Assembly: GCA_002104905.1 (NCBI GenBank)
Contig: MCFE01000530.1
Span: 1-61,688 of the forward strand
Direction: 5' to 3'
From: Basidiobolus meristosporus CBS 931.73
Lineage: Eukaryota; Fungi; Basidiobolomycota
DNA length: 61,688 bases
The notes under the pieces are model-generated. The model searched no databases, was not told the DNA's origin, and worked only from the letters and a program-made list of their open reading frames with translations. Shown here piece by piece: positions 34,666 through 47,382 of this stretch; position 1 is the stretch's first letter, and each line of letters opens with the position of its first letter. A program made the translations under genes and the position numbers.

Positions 34666-36214
34666 TCAACCGGAAATGTTGATGGTGATGTGGTTTTCGG
34701 CCAGTGCGCTCCTGCAAACAAACCACTAATGAATACAAAGCCATCTCAACAAGCAAAGCAGCACCCGTTACCTGTGAAATTTACGGCGAAACATCTTTGC
34801 CGAGTCTGTGGTCTGGAAAATCATCTCTGCTTGATTGTTCCTTCTATCGATTACGACCGACTGCATCATACTTCCATATTAGTCTACAGTAAGCTTGGCT
34901 TTGAGGCGGCTGCGAGCACATACCTGAATACTTCCTTTCTTGATGGAATCCGCCATTTCGATCAGCTGTGGCCGGGATACGCTGCTGGCTATATTGCTGA
35001 CAACCACTCGAACCCCCTTAGTGTTGGCCTGGCCTTCTCCCTGAGATTTCGCCGAATCAGTCTTTGGGTTGTTCTGCTGCTTACGATCCACTGACGAGTT
35101 GTCTGCGTGGTGCTTTTTGCGCTCTTCGAGGGATTCGTGGTTGTAGGCACGCTTTCCATTGGATGCACCGTTCTTTCTACTTTCCTGGCTCGGTTGATCA
35201 CGCTCTGCCAACAAGTAGGGGTTGGGATGAGAGGTCAGGGCAACAATGAGGAGAGTCCGGGCTTACCTGGTCTATTTCTGTTCATTGTCTGGGGTTTCCT
35301 AGGCATCGGATTGCTCAGGTCGGATGGCTTACCCTGCACACAGATCAAAGTTAGCAAGTGCATGATCCCGATTCGCAACAGGCCATCCCACCTGTTTGTG
35401 GCCAAATGCCGGGCGCACATCGCTGTATCCTCTGCCATTCATCATCCAAGGCTGCATCCCCATCATCGGCATCCCAAACGGGGTAACCGGGTTCATAGGA
35501 AATGGTGGTCGCTGCTGGTATCCTCGGAAGTTTGGGTTGACGTGAATGGTTCCTCCTGGAAAAGGCCTCATCCCTGGCATCATGCCGTTGGGTCTTGGGT
35601 TTCCATTTAGTGGACGGTATGGCATGTATCTAAGGAGGGGTTAGAATCGAGTAATGACTATGCCATTTCTACCTGACCCACCTCATTCCAGGTGGAAATC
35701 CTTGATTGTTTACGGGAGGTCTACGTTGGTTCGTTGCTTGATGGTCGCGAGGTCGATACGCGTGCGACCCTTGCGCCGTATTGGATCTGGCTGCCGCTTC
35801 GCGATTTGTTGATCCCGTGGGATACCCGTCTAATTCCCCGTCCTCAACCTCGGCAGGTTGGCCGTCAGACTTACTGCTTGTCGTTGATGTTGTCTGCTTT
35901 TCGGGCTCAGTCGGCAAGGAAGTGACCTCGTCTGCATCGAGTTCCGGGAAAGCGTCATCTTCAAGACTGTAGTCGATATCGAATTCCTCAAACTGCTCCG
36001 TATGAGCTTCGGCAGGCGGGATCGGGTCTTCTGTTTCCTTCTTGCTTGGCGGCTCTTCATCCGTTAAGCCTTTGACTTCGCTCTGTAATTCAAGAGGAAG
36101 TTCATCCTTAAAAGGGTCCTCGAAGTCAGGATCGTCTGGATCGAACTCGGCCAGATCAGCCTCGGTCAGTCCAAAATCTTCAGGGAAATCATCCAATTTC
36201 TCGATATCAGCCAT
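34666..36214 (-). CDS. RBM33-like protein: acidic N-terminus, Pro/Met-rich middle, C-terminal RRM (multi-exon)
   Basis: TIHVNPNFRG motif. Spliced C-terminus VRVVVSNI...SIQSVVIDRRNNQAEMIFQTTDSAKMFRRKFHRSALAENHITINISG* resembles the RBM33-type RRM (recalled from memory, not searched). Confidence 0.6.
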
Positions 36215-37545
36215 AACCAGCAAGTTTGAGGTGAGGCAGAGTTACAGCGGAGAAAATACGCGCGAAAGAGGGGATTCTGGAAAAGCACTAGGTTAAATAG
36301 CTGCGAGTCGGAACCAAATCAAGATTGCAGATGGAAAATTTTCAAAGAACGATAACTGAATGGGGCCAAGACAAACAGACAAAAACCAAAGAAAATAACG
36401 GGTCGAAGTAGAGGAAGGTGATGGTTTTTAGAGCATCTGAATACGCATCTACTTGGGTGCCTCCGATGTGGAGATTGCTACCAGAACACACTCTCCTACT
36501 TCAACCAATCAACCTTGAGGCAATTGCGGGATGAGAGAAAGGGCTGCATTGTTTCCGCACAAAGCCACAACAACAGGGAACGGCATGTAGTACGTGTTGG
36601 GGCACGGGTGTGGATTCAAGGGTGGATCGAAAGAGAGGCAGATCGAGTGAGTTCAGAGAATGCCAGGAAAAGGTAAACGAAGATTGAAGCTCGAAAATTT
36701 CAATGCAACGAGAAGTCGAAGAATGAGCAAAATAAAGAGCAAAAATGGGCCACAAAAAAAGGAAAATAATATTAAAACTGAAGACTACGTACAGTAGGCA
36801 AGCTTAGCGAATATACAGTTAATGGCACCACTGATGAAGGATTTCTCTACTCAAATATATCGGCTGTTTGAGCTGTTGAGTGCTGGATCGCTTGAGTATA
36901 GTATACAAGTATACAACAAAAGGCAAAGACAAAGGAGTGCTTCAGGATGATAAATTAATCCGATGGAATCCCTAATTTGCTTCAAGCCATCATGATTTTG
37001 GAATCAGATGTTCGCTCACAGAAAAAAAGTAGCGTCTCCCCAGCCCCCAAGCTACTGCTGATCATGGCTAATCTATTTAAAATACTTAATCAGTTCCAGA
37101 CGTTGGCTGACTCAGTTATTTGAGCTTTGCCGTCGTGTGAATTTCAACTAAACTCGATTGGTCATGTAACACATGGTTTATCTACTAATTTCATCAGACC
37201 ATCGGCTATTTCCTTCCTTCCCTTGGCGACATCGTAATTGGTATGAATGCAGTTTATCGAGGATGAAGTCGATATTTGCGTACCAATGGAGGCGGCGTTG
37301 CCAAGCCTTTTGGCCATTCGCGGTATTTTCAAGTTCCTTGGAAGCAGGCCAAGCTTTGTGGTCACTGGACTGATCCGCTTGGTTGGATGGCCAAGGTTCC
37401 TGATTAGCTTTTAAGCGGGCACCTCTGTCCAATCCGTTTCTAGGGGTGGAATCACCTTAAATTCTGAATATCTCCGGATTCCTATTGAGTTTTCATTTTC
37501 TCTACTGCTTGATAAGAACGAAACCTTTTTGGGCAACACCAATAC

Positions 37546-39603
37546 ATGGACTTTTACAGCGGCTTTTGCACTTGCCACTGGAATAACTGCGGTCTAGTGT
37601 TCCCTGATCTCGAAACCCTATACACTCATCTGACCGAAGATCACGTTGGCCGCAAATCCACCAACAACCTCTGTCTAACTTGTCACTGGGGTGGGTGCCA
37701 AGTAACAACCGTCAAGAGAGACCACATCACTTCGCATCTCCGTGTTCACGTCCCGCTCAAACCATACCCATGCAAGGTCAGTGCGTTCGTAGGTTGCTCG
37801 TAGATTGTTGCTGATTAGGATGACTTCAAAAGTATTGCCGGAAGCCTTTCAAACGCCCGCAGGATCAGAGAAAACATGAGAAAATTCACGAAGAAGCGCA
37901 GCGTCGCCAGTCATTGCAGTTACCGCCAAAGGCGACCAGACATGACAGGTCGTGCTCCCTTTCCTCGGTGAACTCCTCTCCTGGCTGCATGTCTTTCTCA
38001 CTTGGTATGTCCAACGAAGTGCTTGACAGAGTTGTGCCAGGTACGCACGTGTGTTGCTTGCATGGCTGGTGGATGGTTTGACTAACAGTGCCCTGAAAAC
38101 TCAAAATTCAGGATGCTCCCCTTACTCCGACGTCTCAGATCATTTTGGCCCTTGCTTCACCAATCCCAATTACAGTTTTGTGGACTCTCTGGATTTCCAA
38201 CAGAAACACCTCGCCCAATTCGCCACCCCTGATACGCAGCTCCCTGCCGACGACAGTAGAAAGCGCAGTCATGACTACGGCGTAATGGATTTCTTCCAGG
38301 ACGTCAAAAAGCAGAAGCTGCCCGTCGAATACAATCCCGGTAAGCTTCGATGGTTGGCCGCCGCTTGACCAGGACTAACTTGTTGTCAGATATGGCTAAT
38401 GCGCTGAATGCCGTTGGAAAGTATGTGTTCGATGATGGAATCGAGAAGCTCCCTGACGAAGTCACCAACGCTGACCGGGAGACTTACCTGAGGTTCATGG
38501 AGACCCTGAAGCTCCAGATCGATGTGTCCATCAGCTCCGATCCAGCCGCATACTCACCCCTCCACAATGCAGACGCCTTCAATGCAGCCAACTCGCAAAT
38601 TCCCGTCGCTTACGGCATTGACTCCTTCCGCGATAGCCTCAGCCCAACCGACCAGGGCGTTGGCAATGTATATGAACCGACATTCCTAGACGAGGCGCTG
38701 CTAACATCTAATGTATATCCCAATTCTGGTCTGAACCTAGGATCCTTGGGTGGGGATGGCACAGACATCAGCAACCTCAACTCCTCGTTGCTTCCGCCTT
38801 TCGAATCCTACTTCGATATGAATACCGACCCGAACCTTCTCGCCAACACTGATTTCAAGACGCTCAATGTGACCCCGTCGTCGAGCAGCGGCTCCAGCCC
38901 AATGGACCCAAGCAGCGCCACTTTCGGCGTCGTGTCGCACAATTCTTCTCAGAACAACAATGTCATCTTGGCTCCCAATCCAAAGAAGGGCACATTCAGC
39001 CGAATGGATGACTTGATTACCTCTCGTGGAGGATTTGGTTTGTCTCACCGCTCAAACAATGCCTCAAGACCTTCAAGACACAGCACGGAGCATCGACGCC
39101 GCGAATCCGAAATCTCCCGTCTTCAGCCTTTCATCGAAACCGCACACGTAGCTCTGAACAACAAGTCCATCGACCCAATTGTCAACAAGCCAATGTCGCC
39201 GACTTCACACGCCTCGCATGTCGCTATCCGGGCTCGACAAAGTGCATCCAACAAGTCCATCAACGGCAGCATGAACATGAAAGCCAATTATGACGAACCA
39301 GGTATGAGACGAAGACTCGCCGGTCGTACTTCAGTGCCATTCCAGGGTCTCAAGCAACCTGAACCAGTCAAGACAGACATCGAAGAGCGGAAGTACCATT
39401 CCAAACTACTGGAGCTGCTTATCAAGAAGCTCCAAACAAACGGAGATGTGCCACAGAGTCGGGAGGAGGAGGACGCTAAGGAGCCAATCCCTTGCAAACC
39501 CGAACCTGATCATGTCACTGGAAGCACAATCGATCCGGAAGGTATCATGGATCAGTTGCAGTCTAAGCTGAATGCCATACAGATCGGTGAATGCAGGCGT
39601 TAG
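37546..39603 (+). CDS. pacC: PacC/Rim101 family C2H2 zinc-finger transcription factor (multi-exon)
   Basis: [37 protein letters not shown], intron 37777-37832, then [17 protein letters not shown]. Downstream FFQDVKKQK box. Confidence 0.88.
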
Positions 39604-39949
39604 GGAGTATTATTAATTAATGTACCATGTTATATATGAATCTTACCATTAGGCATGAACATAGAATTCACGTCAATCCTCAATTTTGCCATAGTAGTTA
39701 ATATGGCATTTTACATGTTGTTTAGATTAGGTAGCAGCAAGCAATACCTTATGTTTATATGGAGCAATCACTAGGACAATAACAATACGTGATCTGGGAT
39801 TTGGGATTTGGGTTATGCCACCTGATGCTACACCTATTGTGTGATCTAGACAGCAGCCACACTCTTATAAAACACTGTTTGTTGGGAGTTGGGTGCTGGT
39901 TCCGTGACTAGGTTTTGCCACGCATTCTTACGTCTACTTCTGTCATACA

Positions 39950-42900
39950 ATGTCACTGCCACCAAACCTAACCTCACCCACAGTGGAATCTGGTCAAGTT
40001 ACCGCAGAGTCGATTATTGATTTGAGGCCTACAGAGCAAAAGCTCAAGCAGCAAAGCACCTCTCCCCTTGGAGCGGACGGCCCTGAGGTTGAGCACATAG
40101 GCCAGACAATAAAAGAAACATTACCAGAACACGTTCATGAAGAGTCTGTCTACGAAATGTCTTTTCTGGCCTCTTGGTTAGATGTAGTTGCCGGAAATAA
40201 GGAGCATTTACTGGCCATTTACAGTAGAAGAAATACCGAAGTTGGATGGAGATTGGTTGCACGTACGGAATTCACAGCTGTCAAGGTATCTCCGCTCGCT
40301 ACCCTCTTGCTTTCTTCCCACTACGCCCCCTACTGAGTGACGCAACCTCATGCTTACCAAGCTGTTATACTAGGATATGCTTTCCGCCTTTGTCGTTACA
40401 GTCCCCTTCCAAGTTGATGATTCCAAAGAAGACTCTTTCTACAAGTTCTCTTTACAAACCGGATTGAAGGAGGGCTCCGAGGTGCTTGGCGTTGCAGAGT
40501 GTCGAAAAGACCAGCTATTGCTTTGCTGTGAAACCGGGGTGCCGGGTACTCTAACCATAGATTTGCGATACATGATCTCCGAACAGCTGCTAGCAGACAA
40601 GAAGGTCGGCTCCATCACCATTTTCATGGAGAATGTACGTAGGGTATCCATGCTCATTTTCCTATCTTCAGAAAAGCTAAATCCTCCTGTGAAAGATCCC
40701 CCGTCTACCTAGATCCACCGGACTCCCGCTTCTGCGACACTTTTCTCCGCCTATCCAGCAGACCTATCGCCTGGTGAACGATCAACAGATCCGGCTAAGG
40801 GTCAACGAGGTTTTGTCGGAATCCCCGTTCATCTCTTCCCTCCCGTGCAAACTTTTGGGCCTCTTCATCGTAGAGGAAAGAGACATCATTCAGAAACTGG
40901 AGTCGCTCGATTTCGCCTATTCAGCCAATACGGATCTGAACGTGGATTTCATGAAGGGGCTACAATCCACTCAAATCGACAGACACAGAGACATGCTCGA
41001 ATACTATGCAGATACCTTCCATGAATTGAACCACAAGCAGCAATCCAAGATCCATGCTGGAGAAGGGGAGTTTCGTAGAAGCCCGGAAAAGAAGGACGAG
41101 GAATTGCAGTGGCTACCGCTGAATTGCTGTGTTCAGCAGCTCCAGGTGGAGGAAATCGAACAAGCCAAATGTAATACGCTTTCAGTCATCCTTAAGATTA
41201 CTTTTGTGTTAAGCTTTATTCTAGTTTCTAGCTATTCTTTCGTTACATTTGGTGCGCCATGTGCACACTCGATTCTCTATCGAGGGAAGGCCGAACTATC
41301 GCTGGGGGATGTAGACCAGAGCTCATATTGCACCGGATATCTAGATAACACCATTGACCACCTCAAATCGGATGTGGAGAACTTGACCCAGGCCCTAGAG
41401 AGGTGCATCCAGGGGATTCTGGAGGAAGCGCAAAGCGGCTCCGTCGAAAACCTCGGCTTCAAGAAACAGCTGAGTGAATTCCGATTTTTGGTGAATGAGC
41501 TACGCCAGTTCACGTTGAACTTCTTGGATACGACAATATTACAAGAGGGAAGCACCAGCAAAGAGCCAGCTGTCACCTCGATATGTGAAGAGGTCGATCT
41601 CATTACCTATCAGCTGAATGAGGAGAGCTTTTCGAACCTGATGGAGCTGATTGACTCCAAGTCACCGATGCAATTAGATGAGTGTCTGGCGCAGATCAGC
41701 TCGTACAACATCAATGCCCAGAAGCGGCTCCTTGCACTGATTGATTATCACATGCTGTCGGTTGATAGGCAACATACAGAAAACACGACACTGCGTAGGA
41801 GGGACGATATCGCACTCTCGCAAGCCATCACTGCCCTCGCCAGTGGGTTTGTGTGTATGATCGACGAGTGTTTAGAAACGCTGAACCCTTTCAAGTCCTC
41901 GAAGCACCACTTCCTCTGGACATTATTTTGGGAAAGGCTGGAGAAGGTTGGATTTCTGTGCCAATTCGAAAGTCTGCTTAGCGCCTATGGATATGAATAT
42001 AATATGCTTCTCGACACCTACAAGACATTGCGTGAGATTGGTCACTCGGTAAGGATCGGACTTCATGCTGTGCCAGAGGACTTCAAGATCGATCAAGCGC
42101 TAGATGTGTTTGGACATCACGGGTCCATTGTGATATCGGTTGGAATTCCCGAGGTTTATTTCGCCAAGATCAACCCGTCTTTGCAGAATGGCGGTCGCAT
42201 TCCAGTGGTCCCGATCGTGTTCACCCAAGGCATCAACGAGCAACAGGCTTACGCCAACATGATGGGGGATCTGAAGTTTCAAGACCAGATCAATGCCGAG
42301 AGCTATGATCAATACTGCCATTATCTAGCCAAGTACCAGCGTTGGTGGCAGCTCCAATCAGTCCCTGGAGACTATGCTGGCTATTGGAAGCAGCTGGATC
42401 AACTGATGGACAGGTTGAAAGCTGAAATCGACCATGTGAGCCAGTCTTTTCTGAAGGGTGCCTGGAGAATCAAAGCCACCTTGTCGCCAATGATCCTCCA
42501 GCTTGCATCCGAGATCACCTTGCTGATCGGCTCCTATCCTCAGTCCACTCCAACCCAAACCGACGATCAGCAATTACTGGCGTTTATGCTGCCGCGCTGC
42601 TCCATGCGATACATCATGTGCAAGTCGGCGAAAGACCGCACCTCAATGGCTGTCACGCTTGAGCAAGCGAGGATACTCAAGAAGATGCATCATCTTTCGG
42701 ACCAGTACTATGACAAGATCCTCAAAGCAATGCGAGAGGAATGCGGCGTCAGAATCGCCAATATCGAGAGAAATCTGAAGCTAGGTCTGTGGGAGGATAA
42801 TGAGGACCATTCTTCGACCTCTACTAGACTCACCCTTCAGGCGATGCCCAGCTTGTCTACGACCAGCGAATTCTCTGACCCGAGGCGTGGAGAGAAAGGT

Positions 42901-42987
42901 AAATATGCCTTCAATTTTTGGCAACTCTATTTCTTCCCCGAGGAATACCGCCCTGCTTCCAGAGTTATCGGCAATTTCTCAAGCTAG
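39950..42987 (+). CDS. INPP4-like inositol polyphosphate 4-phosphatase (multi-exon)
   Basis: Catalytic CX5R motif MCKSAKDRTSMAVTLEQ, plus GFLCQFESLLS, PIVFTQGINEQQ, GVRIANIERN and GKYAFN, typical of INPP4A/B. C2-like N-terminal exons. Confidence 0.88.
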
Positions 42988-43353
42988 TTGCACCATGCAC
43001 CTTCCCCTACACCATGTATCATGCATGGACCGATGTTCTAGAAGAGGCTGCGATTAATGGCAGTGACTAATTTTGTTGAGGATGTATTATATCATTTCTT
43101 ATTACAATAATAAATCCACCTAGAGGCTACTATATCACTTCCTATTACAATAGTAGATTTACCCAGAGGTTATTATATCATTTCATGCATTCACCAATCC
43201 GTCGTCATCGCGGAAAACCGTCACTGACTGTTGAATGATGATGAAATATTATGATGCTATTCACTAGTTGATGAGCTACTCCGCAATTATTCTTTTCTTT
43301 CCCCTCACTATATCTCACACCACATTGCACTTGGAACTAAAGCATCCACCTAA

Positions 43354-44259
43354 ATGTCGAGCGAACCAGAATCCAATTCAACTCTTACCAGTCAAGAAGC
43401 ACCTTCCGAGGTCGAGGAGACCGCCATCCCGCAGGATCCGGCGGCTTCCTGCGAAAATGAAGATCATCTCGATAAAGAACAGGGCACCCCTTCTCAAAAC
43501 AAGAAGGAGCCGTCGCCGAAGGCCGACAAGGAGTGGGTGAAAATGGAGAAAATCCCCGAGAAAAAGCCAGCTTCGGAAGGGAGGGACGCAAGGAAGAACG
43601 AAGCAACCACCAAGGAGCAGGAGGCATTTGAGGACATGTGGAACAAAGCTATCCAGGATTCACGTAGAAACAACAACCACCTAACACAGGAATCACACAG
43701 AAACAACCACCATCCAACCAAATCCCCAACCCCGAATCATCGACCGAGCACAAACAGGGACTCGCCCAAATCCAGGATTCCTCCAGCGGAAAATCCATCA
43801 GTCACCAAACGATTTTTGCGCCACGTCTTCCAAGCATTATTAGATCTGACCCATACGAACTACACCGCCTTTGCTGTCAACCTGTTGTGGCATGGCTTGG
43901 CTGTTTATTACCTTTCCCGCCCACGAAAGGCTCTCCTTACGAATGCCGTAGTGTCTGGTGGAAAGGGTGGGGTTCCCCCGTATGCTATTGACACGGTCAA
44001 ATTCCTGGGCGGGGTACACGCTGCCTGGGCTTTGCTGTCGCTCTTATCCTTCAGGATCAAAGACATCACTGCGCAGAAGGCGATCCTGCTGGCCTTCAGT
44101 CTGGCCAATTTCAGCCATTTGTACTTCACTGTTTCAGCGCTCGCCTCGGGAAGATGGAGGCTTTGGTTTACCAAGATTACCGCCGGGAGTAGCATAGTCA
44201 CCTTGATCAATATCGCATGCTACCTGGCATCAGTCAAAAAGAATGGCCGCTATCTATAA
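43354..44259 (+). CDS. Hypothetical membrane protein (disordered N-terminus, ~4 TM helices)
   Basis: 301-aa open frame with a charged N-half and four hydrophobic segments in the C-half. Family not recognised. Confidence 0.7.
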   Translation: MSSEPESNSTLTSQEAPSEVEETAIPQDPAASCENEDHLDKEQGTPSQNKKEPSPKADKEWVKMEKIPEKKPASEGRDARKNEATTKEQEAFEDMWNKAIQDSRRNNNHLTQESHRNNHHPTKSPTPNHRPSTNRDSPKSRIPPAENPSVTKRFLRHVFQALLDLTHTNYTAFAVNLLWHGLAVYYLSRPRKALLTNAVVSGGKGGVPPYAIDTVKFLGGVHAAWALLSLLSFRIKDITAQKAILLAFSLANFSHLYFTVSALASGRWRLWFTKITAGSSIVTLINIACYLASVKKNGRYL

Positions 44260-45861
44260 CCCTCCTGTTCTATTAGAATCCATTGTTTGTCGAGCGTTTG
44301 GCTGAACAACGGCACAATCCATCATCTAATTTTAGCGAGGCTTTATCTGAGCTCATGTGATACTTGGAAGGGCCTTTATCTGGAAATGATTAAAGTCAAG
44401 AGTCGATTGATGATTAATTTGTCGGAATCCAAGGTTCCCATTTAGAATCCCCAACTCCAAATATTTACCTATTGTCCATTGGCTCGAGGAATTGATAAAT
44501 TATTGCGCTATAAAGACCGACCATCTCGTAACTCAAACCTTTAGTTCTGGTTTGTTCGATTCCGTGCACCTACCCTACCCTACCCTACTCCACCAACTCC
44601 AAACGCGACAAACATGAGTTTTATGGACGATCTGAAGTCCGGGAAATTCTCGGTCTATGCACAATGGTATTTGTCCTCGGCACCTTACTGTCGCTGGAGT
44701 TGCACTAACCAAGCTTAACTTCGCGTTAGGGTTGCTATGCTGTCTGCCCTTCGTACGTACCAGCTTGAGCGTCCCACATTGTCTGGGAATCACTAACCGT
44801 CCTGGATTTTGCCCATTTAGTGTTGATCATCCTCGGGATCGTTGAATTCCTCAGAGTGCCGATTTTCTCTATTCTCGGCTTGTAAGTGTTGTCGCTATCC
44901 CTCGGCTCGGGCCACTCAGGTCGAACAAGACTAACCCGTCGAAACTCTAGCGTTTTCACTGTTTTGATCATTTTCATGGAGATCTCTTTCTTGACGAAGG
45001 TATGTTTGACTTTCCCTCAGATATGCCATGGCGTGGAAGCTTACCAAACGATTACAAAATATTGCAGTGTTGTCCTACTAGCCCTACGTTGTAAGTATAT
45101 GTACAAGCAAGATGCTATGAACGAGCATGATTTCTCAACAGGGAATTGACTTATTTTAGTGATAACTTCATCAAGAAGCTCTCGGGTAGCCATATCAGAG
45201 CTGGTGTCTACTTAGTGTAAGAATAGCTCGAATCTTACTACAAAATTAATTTACCAACCGCTGAATTGATCTCTAGCTTCGCCATCGTCATGTGGCTTTC
45301 TCTGATCCAACATTTCAACGTCCTGTTCATTCCCGCATTGACATTGACCTTCACTGCTATCTTCTACGGTAAGAATATACTAGGCTTGTCCTTTTTGCAT
45401 TGGAAGACACCGTCTAACGTGTTCCTCACAGCCACCGGTTACTTCAAAGGTCAAGAGAGAACCTCCACCTCCATGATGCCTGGCGCTGGAAGATTCGTCT
45501 CCATGGTCTAACTTGACGGTGAAGCAATCGCATATATTTCCGACAAATACTTTTCTTTGCACAGTATATACAGTTTATTTCATGTGAAATTTGATTTTCT
45601 CATAAATCTATATATATTTTCATACCATTGACATATCGTGTTTCATGTTGATAACGTCGAATCTATCTATATACTTGGGTTGCACATTGGGTGGTGAAAG
45701 GCAGTATAGTAAAAGGCAGTACCAGTCTTCGCGATTTACTCCCCCAAATATAAAAGACATGCTGATGTCAACAGTCCGTGCGTGATTGCATCTCCAGATC
45801 TATATTGGGAATGGACGATTCCGCACACTGCCAATGCCTGTGCAACTATTTATTTATCAAA

Positions 45862-46380
45862 TCAACAGTCCCAGTCGTAGCATCCGCTGTACCTTCTACC
45901 TCCCCACCAACCATACCCACCATATCTCCCGAAGCGTCCTCGGCCCCAGTATCCACGTCTCGAGCGAGCAAATCTTCCCCACAGCTCAGCTTCCTCGGGA
46001 TTCTCCTCAGAGATATCCTCACCCTCACCTCCACTCCTGGTCTCAACGGTGTGCTTCTTTGGTTCTGAGGCAGCTCTAGTTCGCGTGTCATCCATTTCGA
46101 GCATGTTCGAGAGTGGAGGATACTCCTTCTTTTGCATGCTGTTTGTCATCTGCTGAAGAATAAGGTTCATGATCCTTGATGCGTCTTCCTTCTTGTTTGA
46201 CTTATACTCCCGGACGGTATACCCGTCCCCAGGATTCTGTGCTGGACCAAGTGATTCGGTGGATACAGAGTTGGTGGCCACGTTCCCAGGAGCAGTTGGA
46301 ACAGCGATGGACTGCAGTTGAGCACCCATGGCCAGTGTGGCTATTAGGAGGGTGAATGGGATTGCTAATTGTCTGATCAT
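45862..46380 (-). CDS. Secreted Arg/Gly/Trp/Tyr-rich peptide precursor, 172 aa (copy 2, intact)
   Basis: MIRQLAIPFTLLIATLAMGA...NPEEAE-LWGRFARSRRGYWGRGRFGRYGGYGWWGGRRYSGCYDWDC. AATATAAAA upstream. Confidence 0.85.
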   Translation of the reverse strand: MIRQLAIPFTLLIATLAMGAQLQSIAVPTAPGNVATNSVSTESLGPAQNPGDGYTVREYKSNKKEDASRIMNLILQQMTNSMQKKEYPPLSNMLEMDDTRTRAASEPKKHTVETRSGGEGEDISEENPEEAELWGRFARSRRGYWGRGRFGRYGGYGWWGGRRYSGCYDWDC

Positions 46381-46910
46381 ACTGCAGGCCAGGTTCTGTA
46401 GCCTTAGCCTTCAGCAGGCCAAATATTTTATATTGACACCAGAATACATCATGTGGTTTGGTTGTCCTAGCTAGTTTAATGAAAACAGTATATGAGCTCT
46501 AGCGAGCTACTCCGAATCAGGGAAATCTCTGGTGTAAAGAAGAGTGACAGTAGTCTGATGAATTGACTGTTTTCTATTTAGTGCATCAGCATTTTATCCC
46601 ACCATTCTGTCATTATGGTGAACACATGATCGGACTGGAGACTCAGAGATTTGCTCTATACAGCTGATATATCATAAAGTTGAATATAGTGAAGTCTTGG
46701 CCGAAGTGTTTGCACACTAGAAGGAATTCAGTAGGTACGACTGTCGAGATGATATAAAAACGGGACATATACAAACCGCAGCACCCTTCTTGACAAAGTA
46801 TGCCAACATACATAAAACGTTGCAGTAGGTGCACGTTGTCCTGTATGCGACTATACACTGGTATTTTGTTCTATGGGATCAACCAATTACCTATCATTTG
46901 TAAATTGTAA

Positions 46911-47282
46911 GAGCTATGCCAAGCGCCAATTTGCCATATTGAGATTGTTTAGTATCCACCAGTGATAGTGTCGCGGCTGTTGCAACACTGCTGACAAGGA
47001 GTGGAAGCAACAGTGTTACATACGAGTGTTCTTTACCTCGTGGTAAATGATGTCGCGTAACTAATTTGAGCATAATAGTTGGTGTGATCTATCCATATAT
47101 CTATGCCAAGCGCTAATCTACCATATTGAGATTGTTTGGTGTCCACCAGTGTTAGTTATGTATCTATTGCAACACCACTGACAAGGAGTGGAAGCAACAC
47201 TGTTACATACGAATGTTCGATGCCTCGAAGTATAGGAACTCGTGTAACTAATTTGAGCATAATAGTGGGTGTGATCTATCCT
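46911..47282 (+). repeat. Two ~185-bp direct repeats in the divergent intergenic region (unit 1)
   Basis: Both copies share CTATGCCAAGCG.AAT...CATATTGAGATTGTTT...CTGACAAGGAGTGGAAGCAACA.TGTTACATACGA...GTAACTAATTTGAGCATAATAG.GGTGTGATCTATCC. Also seen at ~50030-50400, ~52595-52760, ~53768-53945 and ~57700-58030. Confidence 0.9.
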
Positions 47283-47382
47283 ATTTTGTGCTATGGTTCT
47301 GGATGATCAGCCAATATGTTCGAATGTACGATGGCCAGTTATTATTTAAGTGTGCAGCATGAAACATCCAACATCAATACAC

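Noticed and set aside
30309-42987. Clustering of phosphoesterase genes (CPDase, DET1-like, INPP4-like) as a functional cluster
   Set aside because: They are unrelated folds and pathways, interspersed with other housekeeping genes. This is ordinary gene order.
47165-47210. Resemblance of CCACTG...GGAAG and GCAAC..TGT.A in the promoter module to cobalamin riboswitch motifs, tempting upstream of a BtuF-like gene
   Set aside because: The motif order and spacing do not fit, no B12-box or kissing-loop elements are visible, and the module is duplicated DNA. An Infernal scan with Rfam cobalamin models would settle it.
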